A DNA stretch of 61,202 nt, the filler included. It is 9 parts of 9 records of this genome, joined end to end, with 100 filler letters (N's around TTAATTAATTAA, not from the genome) between each part and the next. Parts side by side here need not be neighbours in the genome. Positions count along the whole stretch, not along the records: positions 54,420 to 61,202 come from SRR31147125_9133; 8 more parts are not named here. One strand, given 5' to 3'. Positions 54,479 through 61,202 of this stretch are shown here, in pieces. The position numbers and the translations under genes were made by a program. Under the pieces are notes generated by a model. It was given only the letters and a program-made list of their open reading frames with translations. It was not told the origin of the DNA and made no database searches. The first letter of the stretch is position 1. Every line of letters begins with the position of its first letter.

Positions 54479-56739
54479 ATGCTATTCCCCTTGGAAAAAC
54501 GAAAACCTAAACATAAAATCCTAAATAGTGAACAAGATAATACTAAAGATTTCTCTTATTATCCCAATGCTGACGCCCACCTCTGCGATGAACTCCGCTG
54601 GCTTAACCGTCTTATTGAGGCTCACGTCCTACGCATGAGAGGTGTAAACTTTTACAACACTATAAATGACCTTTATAATTGGTGCGTTCGGGATGATGAG
54701 GTTAATGATTTGCTTGCAGAAGAGGTTTTTGAAAGCAAAAGCAAAAAAGGTGACGGGATTCGGAATAATGATATCAATAAGCTTCTAAAGAAAGCGCAAC
54801 ATTTGAGAGATATGATTAATGGGCGTGTACAAGAGACAATCAAACGCGATATATTTTTGCCCCAAAAAGAACTCGCCAACTATTTCAACCTGAGCAATTT
54901 TGAACAAAATGTACTGCTCATCTGCCTGGCTCCGCATATTGATGCGCGATATGAAAAATTATATGCTTATTTAAACAATGATATTACAAAAAAACTCCCT
55001 ACCATCGATTTGATTCTTGCATTGATTTGCCATAATCGAGAGGAGCGTTGGCAAAACTTGCGCTATTTTAATTTATCTTTGCCACTTTTTCATTTCTATT
55101 TAATTGAGAGTCTGGAAGTTGACTCTATGACCTCAGCTACACAACACTTGTTAAAAGCGGATCCACACATCGTTAATTACGTACTTGGATACAATGTAAT
55201 TGATAGCCGGTTAAAGAACGATTTACGCTTGTTGCCGTCAATCGAATGGGATCAGGTTATTATTGATGGGCAAATGAAAAACCGTTTGCAAAAGCTTTTC
55301 AAACTGGAAATTGAGAATAATTCACGTCCTCCGGTTTTCTATCTTTGGGGTCGATCTGGTGTTGGCAAAAAAGGCATTGCCAGAGCCTTATGTAACGACT
55401 TGAATATAAGCCTGATTGTAGCTGACATGCGGAATCTATTACAAAGCCCGGAGAACTTTCAGAAAAAGTTCGCCTGACCCTGAGAGAGGGATTACTACAG
55501 AACTGCGGCACATGTTTTGACCACATGGAAGCACTGGAAAAGGTTGGAGAAGAAAATCCTACTCTGTTGACAAAATTTATCCATGAAATTCAGACATTAC
55601 ATGGCATTACTTTTCTCTGCAGTGAAAATCCTCTGCCCTCAAAGCTCCTGGATTTGTCTGGTATTTGTCCAATAAAGATAGCAGAACCAGATCCCATTGC
55701 GCAAAAAGCTTTATGGGAAATACATCTTGACGTTCCATTAGAAAAAAGCGAGAAGGACAACATCGACAAACTCATCTCGAGTTTTAATCTTACCGGAGGT
55801 CAAATAGAACGGGCTGTTTCTCTCGCCAAGCAGTCTGTGTATGCGCATAATCCTGAAAATGCCAGGCTCACAATTAACGATCTGTTGGCGAGCGCCCGGG
55901 TTATGTCCCAACCAAAGCTTGGAACGATGGCACGAAAAATTGAACCAATATATTTTTGGAACGACATTGTGCTACCGCAGGACCAACTGAAACAGTTACA
56001 TGAGCTGGCCAATCAGGTAAAACACCAACAAATGGTTTTGCAAGAGTGGGGTTTTGATAAAAAAATGTCACTAGGACGAGGCATCAATGCGCTTTTTACT
56101 GGTGCGAGTGGCACCGGAAAAACCATGGCGGCTGACGTCATTGCAAATGATCTAAATCTTGATCTATACAAAATTGATCTTTCCATGATAGTAAGCAAGT
56201 ATATTGGGGAGACAGAAAATCTCAATCATGTTTTCACAGAAGCAGAGAATAGTAATGCCATTCTGTTTTTCGATGAGGCTGATGCCTTGTTTGGTAAACG
56301 TTCAGAAGTTAAGGATGCCCACGATCGCTATGCCAACATTGAAATTGCCTATTTATTGCAGAAAATGGAAGAGTATAAAGGTGTAACCATTCTTGCAACT
56401 AATTTGCGGCAGAATATTGACGACGCATTTACAAGGCGCATCCGATTCATTATAGAGTTCCCATTTCCTGAAGAAGAATATCGCCTCCGCATTTGGCGAC
56501 ATATTTTTCCCAAAAAGACGCCTTTGAACAAGAATATTGATTTCAATTTCTTATCGCGAAAATTTAAATTGGCAGGCGGAAATATTAGAAACATTGCTCT
56601 GGCTGCCGCTTTTTATGCGGCTAATGATGGACAAGTTGTTGCTATGGAACATTTGATACTCGCTACTAGACGGGAATTTCAAAAAATGGGCAAGTTGTGT
56701 GTAAAGTCTGATTTTGAAAATTATTATGATTTGGTATAA
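54479..56739 (+). CDS. eCIS AAA+ ATPase (Afp15/Pvc15-like; apparent 1-nt deletion at 55463-55467)
   Basis: N-terminal CLAP.ID.RYE.LYAYL.ND....PT region, degenerate first Walker A (GRSGVGKK), second AAA domain (GASGTGKT, LFFDEADALFGKR, DRYAN, D.AF.RR). Confidence 0.88.
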
Positions 56740-56781
56740 TAAAATTTTGTATTCGAGACAGGAAATTATTGGGAGTAAAAT

Positions 56782-57195
56782 ATGTCCGTGGGAAAAATTG
56801 AATTAAAACTTGACCGCTGGGACCGTGATCCGGGAGGAGATCACAACTATGGCGATACTATAGATCAGCTACTTGTGGAATTGGTCGGCGGACCAGACAA
56901 GTTTGACATGTCTGCAGATCATCCTTCTGCTACGGTAAAAAATTCAAGTGCGACAGTTGAACTTCATGAAGACGGACCGCTAATACTATTCGTAATTGCA
57001 CAAATTCCGGCGATACTTAGCGCGGTGGCGGCATTAGTCAGTGCATGGATCGCCTGGAAGGCAACCCGGACCAACTCTACGGAAGATACGAAAAGGACGG
57101 TTATTATCAGGAGTGGAAACCATAAATACGAGGGTCGTCCAACTTCGAAAGAGCAACTTGAGAAGATCCTCAATCTATTTGAGGTTTTGGACTAA
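56782..57195 (+). CDS. EACC1-like (effector-associated constant component 1) membrane protein
   Basis: Hydrophobic helix pair ending in W, then a beta-hairpin (RTVIIRSGNHKYE) and a final helix (SKEQLEKIL). Confidence 0.5.
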   Translation: MSVGKIELKLDRWDRDPGGDHNYGDTIDQLLVELVGGPDKFDMSADHPSATVKNSSATVELHEDGPLILFVIAQIPAILSAVAALVSAWIAWKATRTNSTEDTKRTVIIRSGNHKYEGRPTSKEQLEKILNLFEVLD

Positions 57196-57421
57196 AAATT
57201 ACGAGGCAGTTTATTCTTTAGTGGAAGCTGAATATACCTAAAATCAACTGCATAACTATTTAGTATTCATGATTACATGATATCTCATCCTTTAAATACC
57301 AGGAGAGTTAGATGTTCCTCAATTTATGGATAATTAAATATATGCTACCACCTGTAGCTCATTGCCGGAGTGGTTGTTGACGAATCATGATCTTATTTTA
57401 GTCTTTTATTAAAAGTTTGAA

Positions 57422-57727
57422 ATGGTGCAAATAATTCATTTGTCATTTGTAACAGCATGTATCTCATTCACTATAACGGAAACCAAACTTTTTGAACCGT
57501 TACGAAATTGGCTGGAAACAAAAAGTGCTTTTTTAAGCAAACTGTTCAACTGCGGCTATTGCCTGGGACATTGGCTGGCGTTTCTATTGGTTGCTATTTA
57601 TCGACCCAGATTGTTTACATCGTTATTTTTTCTGATTGACTATTTTTTCACAGCATTGGTAATAGCCTGGTTGAGCGCTTTTCAGTGGATTGGATTGTGT
57701 TATTTGATGAAAATAACTGAAAAGTAA
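57422..57727 (+). CDS. DUF1360-like small membrane protein with CxxC
   Basis: FEPLR...LFNCGYCLGHWLA; three TM helices. Confidence 0.65.
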   Translation: MVQIIHLSFVTACISFTITETKLFEPLRNWLETKSAFLSKLFNCGYCLGHWLAFLLVAIYRPRLFTSLFFLIDYFFTALVIAWLSAFQWIGLCYLMKITEK

Positions 57728-57777
57728 TGGGCTACAAAATTTTCAGAATTATGTATAATTGGTGATATTTTAGGGCC

Positions 57778-59162
57778 ATGTCTTTAATAAAAATGAAAAC
57801 TTTAAAATCGGAAAAAAGCAAAGTTACCTCTTTAAAAGCTGTCCTTCAAAAAAAGAGAACCAGGAACAGGTAATGCAGAACAAGTCTACTGTTGAGGCTT
57901 TAGATGCTAATTTGAGTTCTGACTTATTTCATCCAATGGCAGCCATCCATCGGCAGGCATATTTCACCAACTTGCAACAAACGTATGGTAATCAATACGT
58001 ACAGCGTTTGATGACGGACCATACCGGTAATACTCCCTCGATACAACGGCAGGTTGAAGAAGAGGAAGAAGAACCGATTCAGTCCAAATTGAATAATACT
58101 ATACAGCGGCAAGTCGAGGAAGAGGAAGAAGAATCCATTCAATCAAAGTTTTCAATTAGCAAACCTGGAGATAAATACGAACAAGAAGCAGATAGAGTTG
58201 CTGAAGCTGTAATTAACAAGCCAAACCAACAAGTACAGCACCAAACATATAAAACAAATCATAAATATTTTCCCATGACTAAAACATATTCTAAAAGAAA
58301 ATCTGCCACTAACGATGATTTTAGAACACAGTTATCACTATCAAAAAGTAGCGGAAAGCCTTTACCTCTAAGCGTTAGGGAAGGAATGGAACAACATTTT
58401 ACAGTTGATTTCAAAAGAGTTAGAATACATACAGATAATCAATCAAAAGAATTAGCCAATGAAATTAATGCGGAAGCTTTTACCCATGGATCAGATATTT
58501 ATTTTTCCCAAGGAAAATATCGTCCCGGAACTAGTAACGGAGATCGATTGTTGGCGCATGAACTAACTCATGTTGTACAAAATGGGAAAAATACAACTTC
58601 AATGATTCAAAGGCAATTGAAGGTGGGAAAAGCTATTGAGAAATTAATTATTCCTGCATTACAATCAGGAAATATTCAATATCCCGATATTCATTATGAT
58701 GATTTGTATGGACCAAAAGAAGGTGAGATCGATATTAAAAAGCTTAAAGATGGAGCAGAATTTGATTTTGGAATAAAAGTGAGCGAATATGGTGCTGTAT
58801 ATCAAGTTGTTTATAGAATTAAATGGAAATATGATGGTCAAAGGGTAGGTAAAATTCACGGAGAGAAAGTCGAACATAAAGAACCGTTAATTAGCAAATA
58901 TGATATCGAAATCAGTGATTCATTTATAGAAAAAGAGAAGAGTGGTAATGTTTATAAATTACGACTCAATGTAACATATAATATTTTTGGAAAATTTCTT
59001 GGAAAAAAAATTGGTTCTCCGATTATTATACGTAAACGCGTTGAGTTAAAATCGGATGGAAGTAAACCTAAGATCTTATTTAAGGAGGTGCAAAGACCTA
59101 TTTGGTATAAACTTACTGGTGGTGCTAAAGAAGCTCGTGGTGGTCGACCAATAATAAAATAA
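57778..59162 (+). CDS. DUF4157 (eCIS core domain) protein with unrecognised C-terminal domain (apparent 1-nt deletion at 57848-57854)
   Basis: LQQTYGNQYVQRL, IQR repeats, PGDKYEQEADRVA, DFKRVRIHTD, AEAFTHGSDIYF, LLAHELTHVVQ. Confidence 0.9.
58041..58148 (+). repeat. 60-nt-period coding duplication IQRQVEEEEEE(P/S)IQSK
   Basis: Copies at 58041-58088 and 58101-58148. Confidence 0.85.
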
Positions 59163-59175
59163 AGAAGAAATAATT

Positions 59176-59850
59176 GTGATTAATCGATTGGAACAAGATA
59201 ATTCAAACAACATAAGAAAACCTATTTCAGATTATGATCTGAATGGAAAAAATAATGGCTTTGAATACTTCAAGAAGGACATTGCCAAAGGTCTACGATA
59301 TTCCCACATCCGCATTAATACAAACAGCAGAAAAACCTTGGAAGCCACTTCATTCCTCTACGCCCTAATCGAACTCCTTAATGAAAAAGGAATACTCACC
59401 ATTGAAGAGTTGGACGAACGTAAAAATCAGGTGGCAGAACGTTTGGTGAAAAAATTTAAAGAAAGCGGCATCGGCTTGATGTATCAGGATCCTGAATACG
59501 ACAAGTACACCTTTGAGCACGAAGCTTGCGTGGATTGCCTAAGTCGACTGCCAATTTGCAAAGCTATCTGTTGTAAATTCCCGTTTGCCCTGTCAAAACA
59601 GGACGTCGAAGAAGGAATTATCCGCTGGGATTTTGGCAGACCGTACTTAATTGCGCATGGGAAAGATGGATATTGTGTGCATCTTGACCGTGAGACATAC
59701 CAGTGCACAGTACGAGAAAATCGCCCAGTTCCCTGTCGCGGCTTTGATTGCAGTAATGATAAGAAATGGCATGTGTGGTTGGACTTTGATAAGAAAATTT
59801 TAAATAAAGTATTGTTGGAAAAATTGAATAACGGAAATAATAGCAGATGA
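59176..59850 (+). CDS. YkgJ-family cysteine-cluster (putative Fe-S/Zn) protein
   Basis: C-x6-CKAICC, YCVHLD...CTV...RPVPCRGFDC. Confidence 0.82.
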   Translation: MINRLEQDNSNNIRKPISDYDLNGKNNGFEYFKKDIAKGLRYSHIRINTNSRKTLEATSFLYALIELLNEKGILTIEELDERKNQVAERLVKKFKESGIGLMYQDPEYDKYTFEHEACVDCLSRLPICKAICCKFPFALSKQDVEEGIIRWDFGRPYLIAHGKDGYCVHLDRETYQCTVRENRPVPCRGFDCSNDKKWHVWLDFDKKILNKVLLEKLNNGNNSR

Positions 59851-61010
59851 TTGACGAACTTGACCAAATATTAAAAGACATGCTGGACGATGGTAATGCT
59901 CCAGACGAATTACGTAACGCAGATGTAAGCTTCGAAATTCCGAAGGAAAAATATACCCCGAGTACTAAAACAGTCAACTTGTATCTTTATGATGTTCATG
60001 AAAATCGAGCACTGCGCGATCCTATACCGATTGGTGAACGGGTAGGAGACATAAATATTAGACGAAAACCACCATTACGAGTCGATTGTTCATATATGGT
60101 AACAGCCTGGTCTATAACAGGTGGTGAAGGTGTACCCGATGAAGAACACCGACTTTTGAGCTTAGCAATGCTTTGGCTGAGTCAATTCCCAACCATCCCC
60201 GTGAAAAAATTGCCCCTAGAGTGGAAAGATAAAAACAATTCAAAGTACCAGCCGTTTCCAGTGCTAATGTGGGTTGCACAGGCGAATGGAGTTAAAGAGC
60301 CAGGTGAATTTTGGGCTGCTTTAGGCAGCCCACCGCGGCCGTTCTTTAATCTTGTAGTGACCATTGCTATGGATTTAAGGAAGGAAATCATTGAAGGTCC
60401 ACCAGTTACAATTAAAGTTACAACATACGGTCAGAAGATAGAGGACAAAGAAGAAATAATACAAAAACCAGAAACTGAAGAAGATATTCCTGTTGAGACT
60501 GGCGAAATAAGTAACATAGAAGAGAACAAATTTGTTTTGGTTACCAAGGATAAAAATATTAATGTGTCATTAAAGAGTGATACATTTATAATGAAGAATG
60601 GAAAAGAAGCAAAAATTGAAGATTTGAATGAAGGGGATAAAGCTCTCGTATCTGGTAAATTGATTGATGAGAACAATATAATTGCTAAATATATTGAAAT
60701 ACCTACTATTCCTTCCGCCACAGAAGAACTGATTCAAATTGGTGGTCGGGTATTTGATGCAGCAGACCCAGAAAAAGGTATTAAGGGAGCAAAGGTACTT
60801 TTAGTTGAATTAAACAAAATCGAAACCACAGATGAAGAAGGTAGGTTTAGTTTTCCAAGCAGAGAGAAGAGCAAATCTTTCCCAGGGTTGACTCCCGGAG
60901 AATATAATTTAAAAATATTTGCCTCAGGATTCGATGTCAAAGAACAAAAAATTGAGGTTCCCGGTTCTTCAGAAGAATATGAGATTGGATTAAGTCGCGC
61001 TGGCCCTTAA
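59847..61010 (+). CDS. eCIS cap/terminator protein (Pvc16/DUF4255) with inserted DUF5666-like domain and C-terminal carboxypeptidase-regulatory-like domain
   Basis: VSFEIP, VNLYLYDVHENR.LR, PPLRVDCSYMVTAW, EEH.LL, FWAALG..PRP; C-terminal TDEEGRFSF...PGEY.L...A.GF. Confidence 0.85.
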   Translation: MIDELDQILKDMLDDGNAPDELRNADVSFEIPKEKYTPSTKTVNLYLYDVHENRALRDPIPIGERVGDINIRRKPPLRVDCSYMVTAWSITGGEGVPDEEHRLLSLAMLWLSQFPTIPVKKLPLEWKDKNNSKYQPFPVLMWVAQANGVKEPGEFWAALGSPPRPFFNLVVTIAMDLRKEIIEGPPVTIKVTTYGQKIEDKEEIIQKPETEEDIPVETGEISNIEENKFVLVTKDKNINVSLKSDTFIMKNGKEAKIEDLNEGDKALVSGKLIDENNIIAKYIEIPTIPSATEELIQIGGRVFDAADPEKGIKGAKVLLVELNKIETTDEEGRFSFPSREKSKSFPGLTPGEYNLKIFASGFDVKEQKIEVPGSSEEYEIGLSRAGP

Positions 61011-61091
61011 TATTTTAAAAATATCTGTACATTATTACATTTTCTATAGAAATAAATAATTAATAAAAAATAAATTAGAGGAGAAATGAAA

Positions 61092-61202
61092 ATGGCACTT
61101 ACATATAAAACGCCAGGTGTCCATATTGTGGAGGTTACTCCTGCCGGGCCTATTGAAGCAGTTGGCACCAGTACTGCTGCATTCATTGGTCCGGCTGTCG
61201 CC
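61092..61202 (+). CDS. Contractile tail sheath protein, N-terminus (window edge)
   Basis: MALTYKTPGVHIVEVTPAGPIEAVGTSTAAFIG after a GAGGAG RBS; matches the sheath Y..PGV..E...I..V.TS..AF.G motif. Missing from the ORF track. Confidence 0.85.
   Translation, partial: MALTYKTPGVHIVEVTPAGPIEAVGTSTAAFIGPAVA

Noticed and set aside
55463-55467. Programmed frameshift or phase variation in the eCIS ATPase
   Set aside because: The same one-base under-call occurs in asnS, pfp and others, so sequencing error is simpler.
57312-57380. 22-codon ORF with AGGAG RBS inside the eCIS locus
   Set aside because: Too short, with no recognisable features; cannot be supported from sequence alone.
54479-61202. Prophage or T6SS interpretation
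   Set aside because: No capsid, terminase, integrase or TssJLM/ClpV genes are visible, and DUF4255, DUF4157 and this ATPase type point to eCIS. The locus is truncated by the window.

Overview
The window is not one locus. It is nine unrelated contigs joined by artificial 100-nt spacers (44 N + TTAATTAATTAA + 44 N), so gene context holds only within a block; the taxon labels below are inferred from gene content and style. Block A (1-5939, Bacteroidota-like): sixA, rsmE, short tandem repeat arrays, a GT39 glycosyltransferase, DUF4159, an iron-sulfur flavoprotein and a REPIN-like hairpin element. Block B (6040-14025, Desulfobacterota-like): acs with a Cache-sensor/sigma54-activator pair, a LUD protein, a long PPi-PFK and a GGDEF gene. 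Block C (14126-20382): Cache-HAMP-GAF kinase and a multi-PAS receiver protein. Block D (20483-30326, Bacteroidota-like): asnS, DUF5723, rpoN, a phoB/phoR-like pair and a PiT transporter. Block E (30427-35946, clostridial): a collage of conjugative-element gene fragments containing a captured 1-kb chromosomal chunk, then gdhA. Block F (36047-41162): ECF sigma, FecR and SusC. Block G (41263-47918, clostridial): GerAB-family permease, a SigK-driven Cys/Lys-rich small protein, a sugar ABC transporter, LacI and GH94. Block H (48019-54319, low-GC, mollicute-like): a carbohydrate ABC operon and pectinesterase. Block I (54420-61202): the start of an extracellular contractile injection system (eCIS) locus with an AAA ATPase, EACC1-like, DUF1360, DUF4157 with an unrecognised C-terminus, YkgJ, a Pvc16/DUF4255 cap with an inserted OB-like domain, and the tail sheath start. 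Ten genes carry single-base deletions in homopolymers that look like sequencing error. No rRNA, tRNA or CRISPR array was recognised. Family assignments come from motif recognition by eye; no database search was run.
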